The notes beneath the pieces are model-generated. The model saw only the letters and a program-made list of their open reading frames with translations. It was not told the origin of the DNA and searched no databases. The position numbers and the translations under genes are program-made. This document shows, in pieces, positions 42,764 to 58,172 of a DNA stretch of 64,000 bases (within the stretch, counting starts at the first letter, position 1; every line of letters begins with the position of its first letter). This DNA comes from Parasitella parasitica NRRL 2501 (lineage: Eukaryota; Fungi; Mucoromycota), in assembly GCA_025201805.1 (NCBI GenBank), contig MU619239.1, positions 91,362 through 155,361 of the forward strand. The letters run 5' to 3'.

Positions 42764-42840
42764 GTACATAATTTACTAGTAAAGTTTAATGTTTATTGCA
42801 CTTTAAAAAGCCAGGAAAAGAGGAGGGTATATGTATCCAT

Positions 42841-43639
42841 CTAAAACAGACCATCATTTCTAAATAATTGCATGTACTGGTAACTGGTATGAGCAGTTGT
42901 GAATTCGTTATTACTGAGGCCCACTTGCTCATAGTTGTATTCGTATTCACAAGATAACTGAGCGGTTGGAGGTACAATTGATTCTACAAATTCTTGAAAC
43001 AGCTTGCTGGCATTGTTGGGTGTTGTACATGGATGATAATCGATCTTTCAAGGCATGAGTAAGCTAGAGATTATACATCTAATCCTCCTTGCACATACCT
43101 CTAGCAGCAATCCCTTGTATGTTGATCCCAACAGGATATTTGCTACCCTCAATGTGAAATCACCAATTTCGTAGCTTGTCCCCTATCCACATAAATTCAG
43201 CCTATTTTCCCCAACCCCCCCCATTGAGATAAAAGCCCGCATTCTCATTGTTTACCTCGATTGTTACGCTCTGCCTCAACTGCCATAGGTTCTTGAGACG
43301 TGAAAGGATGATTTCCATTTCTTTTTCTGCTTCAATGACCACATTGCCATCCACCATGCAATACACATGTCCAGGTTGTTGCGCAAGCGATACTTGGTAC
43401 AGCAGTTTGCTGTCTTTGAGCGCCATTTGTCTGTTGTTTTGGTTGTTATCGCGTAGTACTTTGAAAGAAAGCGACCAAGGGCCTGTGTTTTTACCGTGCA
43501 GTGTTTTAGTAACATGCTCGGCTATGAATGTGAAATCGCGCATGCCGGTAGCATTTTTCCACCTAACAAGACTGATTCGGCTGTTAGTACGGCAGGTTTG
43601 ATTCACTCAAATGTGTGGCTACTACCAAGTGACACCCAT
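42841..43639 (-). CDS. MED20: Mediator subunit 20
   Basis: MGVT..., LKNLWQLRQSVTIE|GTSYEIGDFTLRVANILLGSTYKGLLLE|IDY, HTSYQYMQLF. Confidence 0.85.
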
Positions 43640-44153
43640 TTTGTAAGATAAAATGTTTCGGGAAGCGAGGAAAGCGCCTGAATGTTGTTCATACAATTAT
43701 ACGGCAGTTGCGCCTCTCAAGTTCCATTAGTGGCTTGGCTTTACTCATTCAATGCATTTATCGCATCGAGAATGTCGATATACTTTGACTCAAGATGCAT
43801 TCGCCACATTTAAGCTATCAGACATGGCACATATGCATTCAATGTCGGATTATTGTTGAAAAATGTTCGAGATTAGCATAAAAATCAAACAATAAAATAC
43901 CTTTTTACAGTTGTCTGTTGGTGATTTACATGAAAAAAAAGGAAATTGAAGATGTGCTGCATGGCTGCTACATATCAATACATGCAGCATGTGTTTTGAA
44001 AAGACCATGGCGTCTAAAAATTCTCCATAAAGACAACTGCTTTGTCTAAAAACTAGGCACTTTCAACATGTTGTCACAAAAAAAATCGTGTATCACAAAT
44101 ATAAGACACAGGAAAAAAAAGTTTATTCATTGCTTCCTCTTGTCGGTACCAAT

Positions 44154-46838
44154 ATGGGAAACTCACTCTCAAGAAGCTCTAATCAGGATAAAGGCACAAA
44201 AAGAGCTCTTGAATCCGAGGATTTATTTGAAAACCTTAAAAAAAAAGGCCGTTTTGAAGATGAGCCCACAATTGCCATCAAGGAAAGCGACGTGGGAATA
44301 GTTGCTTATGTCAATCCTCACTTGAAAGGTTTTCATAGCATATTGAAATTCAGGTAAGCTTTTGCTAGGAGGCAGGAAAGCAGTGTGCCTGACGATCTGT
44401 AGAGCTGAGGATTTTCTTGTAAATGAAGTTGACATGGACAGGAATATTGTTCACCTTACGTCTCTGGAACCCCCAAACACCAGAACCAAGGTAAATGCTT
44501 AATACCGAAATGTATTCTTGTTGCAGAAAATTAAACAACTATCAGGAAATCAAGCAAGATTACTACCCATCTAATGTGTTTGACAAACATGTTGCTGAAA
44601 TCTTGAACACCGAGTTTGCTCAGCAATTCCGCCATTTCCTCGAGCATCCTGAAGTGGAAGATGCTGTTCTTACGATTAAAGTATGTTCAGTCCAGTATTG
44701 ATGCAGAAATAGTGATTGATTGATTGTTCATAGACTGACAAGGACCAACGCATAATGTTTTATAATTTGGTTGAGAAACATTTAAAGGCCAAAGTCAACT
44801 GCCGTGGCAAAGACGGAAATCTGGTCATAAGATGGCCTTCAACTGTGCATAACGATGGTAACTTGACAGTGACAAGTGTATGCCACGAAGCACAGAACTG
44901 AACTTTTGAATGCCGTTCTATAGAATACATTGATTGGAAAGCTCTTGGTGGCGACTATTTGCAAGTCAGTATGTACAAAGCTAGCATCGATACCATGAAT
45001 GCCATCAATATCATCTCCAAAAAAACTTCGTAAGTTGGTTCTCCCCTCCCCCCTCCCCCTCCTCCCTCCCCTCCCCTCCAGAATCGAGGCAGCGTGTAGG
45101 CGTAGCTCATAGTTTGAAAATAGAATTCATCCTAAAAACTTTGGTTATGCCGGAAACAAAGATGCTCGTGCCATTACAACGCAAACACTCACATTGAAGA
45201 GCATTAAGCCCGGTCGTATTATCATGGCCCAGGAAGACTTGATGCAGAATGGCATCTATCTTGGTGATTTCAAGTAAGCTATGGAGCATACCTATCGCCT
45301 CCTTATTTCTGACTTTTTGCATCAGGTTCGTTCCTAAAGGGTTGACACTCGGAGACTTGAAAGGAAATCACTTTACTATCGTACTCAGAGACATACGAGG
45401 TGCCAACGAAGACGAGTTGGAATTGTCGTTGCGTTCCTTGCAAGACAATGGGTTTTTGAATTATTTCGGCATGCAAAGATTTGGTACAAGCACCGTGCTG
45501 ACTCATACTGTCGGCTGTGCGATTATGAAGAAACAATACGAAGAAGCTTCCAATTTGATCCTTGATCCTCGTGAGGGGGGTATGTATTATTAATGTCAAC
45601 TCGTGTTACATAATATACTTGGTAAACTAAGCGAGCTCCGTTTTCATGTAGACCGTGAGGAATACCATATTGCCAGAACTCTCTGGAAGGATACGCATGA
45701 TCCTGATGCCGTGCTCGCAGTTTTCCCGAAAAGAGCTTATGCTGAACGTAAATTACTTGCATCCTATGCTCGAAGCCCTGCGCAACATGCAAAGGCTATC
45801 AAAAGCGTAAGTTATTATACTGATTCATGCAATCCGTGTTTCTCACGTTTCCTGCTAATAGCTGCCTAAAAATATGCTTTCCCTGTACTCACATGCGTAC
45901 CAGTCCTACATTTGGAATCGAGTTGTTTCTGAGCGTGCAAGGCTCTTTGGTACCGATAAACTTATGGTAGGAGATCTTGTCATGGTGGATGCTAATAAAA
46001 GCCAAGACTCTGGTAAACCCGACGATAATGTAGGTAGACGTAATTTTGCCAATGTAAGTTTATGCTTGTGCGTGTTTGTGTGTGTGTTTGTGTGTGTGTG
46101 TGTGTGCCTGCATATATGCAATATACTCGGTATATTTTAACCTCCAAAAATATATAGCGCAAGGTTCCCAAAGTGCTCACTGCACAGGATTTAGAAAGTT
46201 ACTCTATTGCGGATGTAGTTTATCCTTTACCTGGCAAGAAGTCTGTGTACCCTGATAATGAAATTAAAGAACTGTACAGAAAATTTATGGGTAATTGTAC
46301 TTCAAGGCAGATGACTGCAGATGCTCATACGATTATTTTCTTCATGTAGCCCAAGATGGTATTTCCATGGAAAAGAGAGATAATCATTTCGAGTAAAATT
46401 GCCATATTTAATACAATTTAAGTGTTAATCTTCTACATAGTGGATTAAACGGTGACTACAGAGCCATGCTGTCAAAGCCTGAACAAATGGGCTGGTAGGT
46501 TACTGATATACACGCGTCAAAATCAACTCAACTGACAAGTGCGCATAGGTCGTTTGTTCGCTATAATGACCCTACTGAAAAACTCTGCAATACAGACGTT
46601 GACAGACTCGAAAATAAGGATGAGCCAGTTGGCATTGCTGGTACTTGTTGGCAGAAAACTTTAATATTTCTGGTATTAACGATTCCCACCCTTTAACCAT
46701 ATATGTACAGATGGACAATATCTAGCTCTAAAAGTTGAATTCACACTTGGTACTAGCCAGTACGCAACAATGGCATTGAGAGAAATTATGAAAGCAGAAA
46801 CATCTTCGCAAGCACAATCTACTCTTTCTCATAACTAA
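44154..46838 (+). CDS. PUS7: Pseudouridine synthase Pus7 (TruD family), many introns
   Basis: DVGIVAYV..GFHSILKFR..DFLVNEV, FGYAGNKDARAITTQ, LGDLKGNHFTIVLR, GFLNYFGMQRFG, YSHAYQSYIWN, FTLGTSQYATMALRE. Confidence 0.93.
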
Positions 46839-46864
46839 CTAGTATTTACATAATATAGAAATCA

Positions 46865-47381
46865 AGATAATGTTGATAGACGCATATTTAATAAAGAGGC
46901 TTCTTTTTTAGTATTTTTCCCCGCAATTTACGGTTGATAATTAACTTTGCATCAGCAAGATCTCTATCAAATATCCGAACATTAAGATTTAACGAGATAG
47001 TGAATCGGTTGATAAGATAGCAAAAATATAGTATACAAGACAGCTATAGACATCCCTGCATCAAATGATAAGTGTTTAAGCAACAAAAATTTATTCTTTT
47101 TTTTACTTACCAAAGGCGAAAAAAAAAAAGAATCACGCCACCTCAAGACATGGAAATCTATCAAAAAAAACTGAAAACTTCATTTCTCACGAATGATATT
47201 GGGAAGTTGTATATTCAAAGCAAAATACCAATCATTATCAGACTAAAAACATGTAGCGCCTTCCGGATTTTAAACACATGGCAAATATACCGGTATAATC
47301 GCTGAGATCGTGTTACACTCATGCTAGACCCAATTGAAAGGAAAAGACACAGGATGAATTTCATATAAAAGGGACCTATCT
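46865..47381 (+). promoter_or_regulatory. Cluster of WGATAR (GATA-factor) sites upstream of uricase
   Basis: 11 WGATAR/YTATCW hexamers counted in about 520 bp; TATAAAA near 47364. Confidence 0.6.
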
Positions 47382-47450
47382 TTTGTGAATTCGAATCTTT
47401 TTTTTTCTTCTTCTTCTATATCTCAAATACAATCAATTTATCAAGCCAAC

Positions 47451-48493
47451 ATGTCCAGCAACAACGCCAACGTCTACCTCAAGAATGCCCGCTACGGTAA
47501 GGATCTCGTCCGTCTTTTAAGAGTCTACAAGGAGGGCAATGTCCAACACTGTACCGAGCTTACTGTAAGTTGATATTTCACGAGTCGGAAATTGACATGG
47601 GTTTAACGCTGTTCGCAATGTCTATAGGTCAGACTTTTGTTGGAAGGTGATATCGAGACCTCTTACACCAAGGCCGATAACTCTGTCGTTGTCACTACCG
47701 ATACCTGCAAGAACACCGTCAACGTCATTGCCAAGCGTAGCAAGAATGTTGACAACATTGAAGTCTTTGGTCAAGAGATCACCGAACATGTCTTGAAGCA
47801 ATATGCCCATCTCTCCGGCGCTTTTGTTGATATCATCAAGCACAAGTGGACCCGTCTTATTGTTGATGGCAAGCCTCATAACCACTCCTTTGTCCGTGAT
47901 GGTGAGGATATCCAAACCGCCAGTGTTCACCATTATCGTGCTGGTAACGAGATCCGCATTACCTCTGGTCTTGACAAGCTCCTCGTCCTCAAGACTACCG
48001 GTTCTGCTTTCCATGGTTTCTACACTGATGAGTACACCACCTTGGTCCCTGTCTGGGATCGTATCTTTTCCACTGCTGTTGACTGCAAGTGGACCTTTGT
48101 CTCCAAGTCTTCTGCCACTCTCCGCAACGTCGACTTCAAGGCCATCCATGCTGGTGTCAAGCAAATCACCTGTGATACCTTCGCCAAGGATGACTCTGCT
48201 TCCGTCCAAGCTACTCTCTACCTCATGCAACAACAAATCTTGGCCAAGTTCCCTGCTGTTGCTGAAGTCTCTTATGCTTTGCCCAACAAGCATTACGTCG
48301 GTGTCGACATGAGCAAGTTAAACATTGACAATGCTGGCAAGAACATGGAAGTCTACCACCCTCAAGCTGATCCTTCCGGTAAGTTTATATATATACGCAA
48401 AGGGATATATGAGAGAATTGCAAAGAAACTCATCGCTTTGCACATGTAGGTCTTATCACCGCCACTGCTGCCCGCAAGGAATCTAAGTTGTAA
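47451..48493 (+). CDS. Urate oxidase (uricase), peroxisomal
   Basis: ARYGKDLVR, YTKADNSVVVTTDTCKNT, VLKTTGSAFHGF, SASVQATLY, LPNKHY, DPSGLI; C-terminal SKL (PTS1); 2 introns. Confidence 0.97.
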
Positions 48494-49689
48494 ATGCAAC
48501 TTGGTATTGAAAAAAGGAAAATACAAGATTTGATGTCGATGATCCTACTTTTTCTCTTTATGTTTGATATTATTTTTCCCCCCCTCAAAAATTGACGAAA
48601 TACCTGCGACTTTATAACTAATCCTTTTAACATTTTCAGTATCTTGCGTTGTCTCACTATTTTATAATTTGTTAACTGCGTTAGCAAAGAGTATTTTAGT
48701 GATGATCAATTTTGCTTGATCATAATTATTAAAATTCGATATGTTATTGTGTAAATAATACATATGTTAAACAAAAAAAAAAAATCACTGGCTTTTTCGA
48801 TATCTTAATGTATAATGTTTATGTGAGGTATATTTGTAACTTTAGATATAGTGATGTAATAAACTTTATCTGATTATCAACATCAAATGACGGTTGCTGC
48901 TGCAACTATTGCATTGCTTACAAGTTATTGCAATACATCATATACAGCTCAGTCAAATGATATGATCTCAAATCGAAGGTTAACGCATCCATGTATAAAG
49001 TACAATTCATCAAAACAGCCAACTATATGTAAACATATAAAGTAATTCATAGATGGAATGAGGAGGAGTCAAAAGTTACATTTGCAAACAAATTTAGCAT
49101 TCCAAGTTCAGAACCCTGAAGTAAGGAGCATTATTATCAGACAAAAGTCTGCACAAAAAGGCATCCGTTGCTGGAATCCATGTGATACAGAGGTTTTTGA
49201 GCTACCCTTGTAAAATACTGCACAATAAACCATGTCTTGGCTTAGAACTGTCTTGTTATGATGTGACTCTTGCAAGACAGAAGTACAGGTATAAACGTTC
49301 AGATTTTTTTTCAATTAGCTCGTGTTTTCTCTACATATTAATGGAATATCATCCTCATAAGTGGTTATCTAGGATTCAAGAAAACATGCTTAACACGATG
49401 TTCCAAGATCAAAATTCTTACTTGAAAACTATTGTTTATAAAGCTAATTTACTCTTTATGAACCTTGTAAAAAAAGTAATACATGTTGGATAATAAGATT
49501 TAGATGAAAAAATAAAAAAAAATAAAACATCAGGACATACGCACTTTGAACTTTTACATACGACAAAGAGTTGCATCGCATTCTAATGAGTAGACAAATT
49601 ACAGGAAATATTCAAGTTGTCCACACTTCAAGTGTTTAGTAATGAAAAATTTATAGTGTAATAGAATACGTTTGCGATACAAGCAAGGC

Positions 49690-51230
49690 CTAATACTTGC
49701 AATTACCAACCCATCTAGGCATTGGGATGACCTCACGAACATTCTCTAGACCAGTGAGCCAGAGTAATAGGCGTTCAAAACCTATTCCATAGCCACCGTG
49801 AGGAGCACTGCCGTATTTACGTAAATCAAGATACCATTGATAATCCTCCAAGTTCATCTTGGCATGCTTCATCTTTTGCTCCAAGACTTGATAACGCTCT
49901 TCACGCAGCGAGCCGCCAACAAGTTCTCCGATACCAGGTAGTAATAAATCAAAGCACCCTACAGTCTTCTCGTCTGGATTGGCTCTCATGTAGAAAGGCT
50001 TCAGTTCTGAAGGATAATCTGTGACAAATACAGGCTGGTCGCAATAGTCGGATGCCAGATAACGTTCATGCTCTGAATGGAGGCTGGAGCCCCAAGTAGT
50101 AGGAAAGTGGAATTTGTTCTTTTTCTTGTTTTGAGCCTTCTGCAGTGCATCTATCGCCTCTGTGTAAGTCATGCGCACAAACGGTTTGTCGACGCTTTTG
50201 TGCAATCTCTCCAGCAAGGACTTGTCAACCCATTGATTGAAGAAATCAAGGTCCTCGCCACAGGTGTCCAAGACATAGCGAGTTGTTTGTTGTACGCAGC
50301 CCTCTGTTACATCAAGCAAAGGCGCCAAGTCGTCAATAAATGCCATTTCAGCCTCCAACATCCAAAATTCAGCCAAATGGCGTGAAGTCAGTGATTCTTC
50401 CGCTCTGAAAACGGGCCCAAATGTATACACACGCGACATGGCTGAAGCTGTGATTTCTGCATGCAACTGTCCCGAAACTGTCAGATAAACTGGCTTTTTG
50501 AAGAACTCCTGTGGGTCTGTGGTATCGATAGGGGACACCTTGAAAACTTCTCCGCCTCCTTCACAATCATGCGACGTCAAAATGGGTGTGTTTGTCAGTA
50601 TGAATTCTTGGTCTCTAAAAAAGTCTCGAAGCCCTTCGCTCGCAGCATTTCTAATTCTGAGCATAGCGCTTCCTGTGTTGCCACGCATCCGCAGATGTCC
50701 AATACTTCTTAAAAAGTCTATTGTATGTCGCTTTTTTTGGAGCGGGTATGTCTTTTTTTTTTTTTTCGTTGCTGTTGGTTAGCTGATTGTTCATGTCTGG
50801 AAGCTACAACTTACATCATCGCATTCGCCAAGCAATTTTATGCTGTCCACCTTGAGCTCTTTGGTTTGTTCCTTTCCGAGACTTGGTACTAATGAACCAT
50901 GCAGTTCTACGCAAGCACCAGTTGTCAATCTGATTTTAGTTTTTAGATTAGCTCTTGGCAGATTTGTGCTAAATAGTCCTTTTTTTTTTTTTTTTACTTT
51001 TTAGAATCCTCACTGCTAAGAATGGCCTGAATGCCCTTCAAGTTGGAGCCATCATTGATGGTCGCAAAGCTGATTTGCTTTTGTTTGCGCACAGAACGAA
51101 TCCATCCCCTTACGCCCACATTCGTGATGTCTTCCTTCAGTATCGTCTTGATGGTTTTGTTGGGTAAAATTGATTTCGCTGTCCCGTAATTGGCTTTCTG
51201 TATAAGTTTTGGGATGTTGAAGCGATTCAT
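49690..51230 (-). CDS. SLM5: Mitochondrial asparaginyl-tRNA synthetase
   Basis: GWIRSVRKQK, INDGS, YPLQKKRH, HLRMR, DCEGGGEVF, LTVSGQLH, FRAE..RHLAEFWMLE, KPFYM, GGSLREER, PHGGYGIGFER. Confidence 0.93.
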
Positions 51231-51682
51231 GTTTACTACAAGAAATAGAAAAGGCGGGCTAGGGGGTAGATGTCAAGGATTTGCATCTCGCCAAATGTTC
51301 AAAGCCAGTTCAATGTTGAGCATCTCTAGCAACATGATGTCACTTTGCTATTGCCATGGATACTGACATCTGCGGTTGCTACTGTGAAAAGCCTGACAGC
51401 CAGCGCCGTCGAATGACCCGGTGGATTCACGTAACATATCTTCCTTCTTCCAAGGTTGGCGCATTGATTGAGATACCATCAGCATTTGTTCAGGGTATCA
51501 AAGGTTAACTAGTCACATTTAGCTTTGGAATCCCTAACTTCTTGACCTCGCCTGAGTCTAGGGTGGGTCGAGTTTAGTGCTGGAAAAAAAAAAAAAAATG
51601 ATGTAGGGAACCATCTTGATAAAAAATTCTCTTTCTTTTCTCTTATATTTCCTTGAATAAAACAAAAAAAAAGAAGATAAAA

Positions 51683-53004
51683 ATGGCCACACCCGAGTCT
51701 TCCCCAGCAGCAGCACCCAGATTGTTTTCTCCTCTTTCTGGTTCATTCGGCCTCAAAGACCAAAAGCCTGCCGGCTCTCCTTTGAACCCTCTTCAATGGC
51801 CTGCTTGGTTCTCGTACCAAAAAGGACGTCTCAATCTACCTAGCCCTGGAAAATTCGAAAGACTTCACGGTGAAGTTACCAAAGGTAAAAAAAAATAAAA
51901 ATAAAAAACCTAATTACTATGTAAATATGTGTATATTGAATGTCAATATGTTGGCTATTTCTTCATGTAGAGGTTTTCACCACCAATTATCTCTTTGATG
52001 GTGCTCAAGCTAATATTGTCAAAGAACTTTCCGGCAACTTTCACGTTCAACACCAATTCTCTTTGGGCTCCCAAGTCATGCCTCCCATGTATAACTTTAT
52101 GTCTGGTTACATGACTGAGCGAGTAAGTATTGTCAAGGGAGGATGGAGGGGCAAGTGAGACGCACGGGAAGTGCCCAATGCATTTATCGTTGCTGCTGCA
52201 AAAAGTCAGATTTTGACACTTCATATCATAGACTATGTTACAAGGTACTATGGACAATGACACCAACCTCAACGGTGTATTCAGACATGCCTGGTCTCCC
52301 TTCTCTGTTACAAAGGTCGTTGCACAGGTAAGAGTGAAATACACTGGTATGTCACTCGGTAGTGATGAATCATTGTTTTAGCTTACCAACATGCCCGGCC
52401 ATTCCATGCTTCAAGTCGAGCAAGAAGTCAATGGATCAGACTATTCCATGACATTCAAGACCATGAACCCTAATCCTTTGGAGTTAACCGGTCTTTACAT
52501 GGCCTCCTACCTTCAATCTGTCTCTCAAAATTTAGTCATTGGATCTGAAATTGTCTTGCAACGTCCCACTCCTGACATGGAAGAGACTGCAATGTCGCTT
52601 GTCGGTAAATATACAGGCAACGACTACATTGCTACTGCACAATTCCAAGGTGTTGGTGCGATACAAGCTAGCTACTATCAACGTATTAACGAGAAGGTTG
52701 ACTTTGGCGTTGAGCTTAATTTGATGGTTCAAGGCGGACGTAGAGAAGCTGTTGCCACTGTCGGTGGCAAATTTGATTTTAGACAGGCGACTTTCAGAGG
52801 CCAGATCGATACTACTGGTAGAGTCTCTGCTGTTTTAGAAGAAAAGATGGCTCCTGGGTTCTCTTTCCTCATCAGTGGTGATTTAGATCATATGAAGGTA
52901 AGAGATATACTTGATTTTCCTTTCAATTTCATACTGACAAATCTTTAAAATTCGAAAAACAGGGCCAAAGCAAGTTTGGTGTCGGTATCATGTTATCCGC
53001 TTAG
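51683..53004 (+). CDS. TOM40: Mitochondrial outer-membrane translocase Tom40
   Basis: LNLPSPGKFERLHGEV, MASYLQSVS, SYYQRINEKV, FRQATFRGQIDTTG, SKFGVG. Confidence 0.95.
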
Positions 53005-53150
53005 ATCTATTGTTTTCTTCTTCTATAAATGCTTATATACAATATTGTCTCTCTCTTTTTTCCAGACATTTTTTCAATCTTTCTACTTTTGTACAAAAAC
53101 AAACAAAAACCAAAAAGCTTCCAATTTAAAAACGTATTATCTCTCGTTGA

Positions 53151-53320
53151 NNNNNNNNNNNNNNNNNNNNNNNNNNNNNNNNNNNNNNNNNNNNNNNNNN
53201 NNNNNNNNNNNNNNNNNNNNNNNNNNNNNNNNNNNNNNNNNNNNNNNNNNNNNNNNNNNNNNNNNNNNNNNNNNNNNNNNNNNNNNNNNNNNNNNNNNNN
53301 NNNNNNNNNNNNNNNNNNNN
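53151..53320. other. Assembly gap
   Basis: Run of N. Confidence 1.
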
Positions 53321-53351
53321 TGAATGTGAATGACAAATCCAAGATTTCGGC

Positions 53352-56195
<2,844 letters not shown>

Positions 56196-57106
56196 AGTCA
56201 GTTTATGCTCTTTTTTTGAATAATGTTGTACAAAGAAAAAAAAAATACAGAGTAAAAGCTTTTTTTATCCCATTTTGACAGTGCGGGCTATGAACCAGCA
56301 CAGTTGTCAATTACGTAGTGCATACAGCTTAAGGATTAAGCATGCAAAGCTCTGCTTGTTTTGCTGCAATCTGTAGAAATTCCACTCAAGCTGTATAGCT
56401 TTGAAAAGAAGAAAAAGCCGCTATCATGCATTATCATGATTTGAACAGGATAAGCAACATACAAAAAAATGCCATCTGGATGTAGTTGTGATTTTCTATA
56501 GCAAAGCTACTGCTAGAAAGGCTTATTATTATTGAAATTCCATTGTTGTTTGTGTCTACACACTAGCACTGTTAAAAGTAATTGCATCCATAGCACATTA
56601 TCGTACCAAAACATGTTGATTGCGTTTTCTTGATATTAGATGCCACCCAAATGAGAGTACATAATAGTGGTAGCTGCACATGTATTGTTCATTTTACTCT
56701 TTCGCGGTCGGCACATTACGCCTTTTTATGTCGCATACATACCATGGTCATTGACATGCAATTCAAAAATTTTAATCAATCAAAACATCAAGCATTTATC
56801 GCAGGCTTCTTTTGCCTTGGGTCTAGCACGCAATGTTTAACTTTTTATACAAGCTTTTTATACCATCAACATTTGGTTCTACAAGTTTTCCATGAAAAAA
56901 TAACCCAAACGTTCCCTACCACTATCAACGTCTTTTCAACCACTGTATATACAAGTGCTTTGAAGCTACGCACTTGCTTTCAATCGAGGAGCAAGACTTC
57001 AGCCTGATACGTAACTTGCAATTGTATTGATGCAAATCGATAGCCAAGATGCTGTGGAATATTGCTTCAAAATTCTTCTGAAATAATTACCACTTGGTGT
57101 AAAAAA

Positions 57107-58091
57107 NNNNNNNNNNNNNNNNNNNNNNNNNNNNNNNNNNNNNNNNNNNNNNNNNNNNNNNNNNNNNNNNNNNNNNNNNNNNNNNNNNNNNNNNNNNNNN
57201 NNNNNNNNNNNNNNNNNNNNNNNNNNNNNNNNNNNNNNNNNNNNNNNNNNNNNNNNNNNNNNNNNNNNNNNNNNNNNNNNNNNNNNNNNNNNNNNNNNNN
57301 NNNNNNNNNNNNNNNNNNNNNNNNNNNNNNNNNNNNNNNNNNNNNNNNNNNNNNNNNNNNNNNNNNNNNNNNNNNNNNNNNNNNNNNNNNNNNNNNNNNN
57401 NNNNNNNNNNNNNNNNNNNNNNNNNNNNNNNNNNNNNNNNNNNNNNNNNNNNNNNNNNNNNNNNNNNNNNNNNNNNNNNNNNNNNNNNNNNNNNNNNNNN
57501 NNNNNNNNNNNNNNNNNNNNNNNNNNNNNNNNNNNNNNNNNNNNNNNNNNNNNNNNNNNNNNNNNNNNNNNNNNNNNNNNNNNNNNNNNNNNNNNNNNNN
57601 NNNNNNNNNNNNNNNNNNNNNNNNNNNNNNNNNNNNNNNNNNNNNNNNNNNNNNNNNNNNNNNNNNNNNNNNNNNNNNNNNNNNNNNNNNNNNNNNNNNN
57701 NNNNNNNNNNNNNNNNNNNNNNNNNNNNNNNNNNNNNNNNNNNNNNNNNNNNNNNNNNNNNNNNNNNNNNNNNNNNNNNNNNNNNNNNNNNNNNNNNNNN
57801 NNNNNNNNNNNNNNNNNNNNNNNNNNNNNNNNNNNNNNNNNNNNNNNNNNNNNNNNNNNNNNNNNNNNNNNNNNNNNNNNNNNNNNNNNNNNNNNNNNNN
57901 NNNNNNNNNNNNNNNNNNNNNNNNNNNNNNNNNNNNNNNNNNNNNNNNNNNNNNNNNNNNNNNNNNNNNNNNNNNNNNNNNNNNNNNNNNNNNNNNNNNN
58001 NNNNNNNNNNNNNNNNNNNNNNNNNNNNNNNNNNNNNNNNNNNNNNNNNNNNNNNNNNNNNNNNNNNNNNNNNNNNNNNNNNNNNNNNNNN
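57107..58091. other. Assembly gap
   Basis: Run of N. Confidence 1.
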
Positions 58092-58172
58092 AAAAAAAAA
58101 AGATATATATATATATAATATAAAATAGGCCTAGATTTCGCTTGATCTGCTGTTTTCTCTATTCTCTCTCCT

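Noticed and set aside
45040-45080. CCCT repeats (G-quadruplex potential) in a PUS7 intron; also TG microsatellite 46067-46106 and G-run 15241-15259
   Set aside because: Ordinary intronic simple repeats.
47622-48293. Long antisense ORFs over uricase (and similarly over RPS18, ENA and LARP1)
   Set aside because: Shadow frames caused by codon bias of the real genes on the opposite strand.
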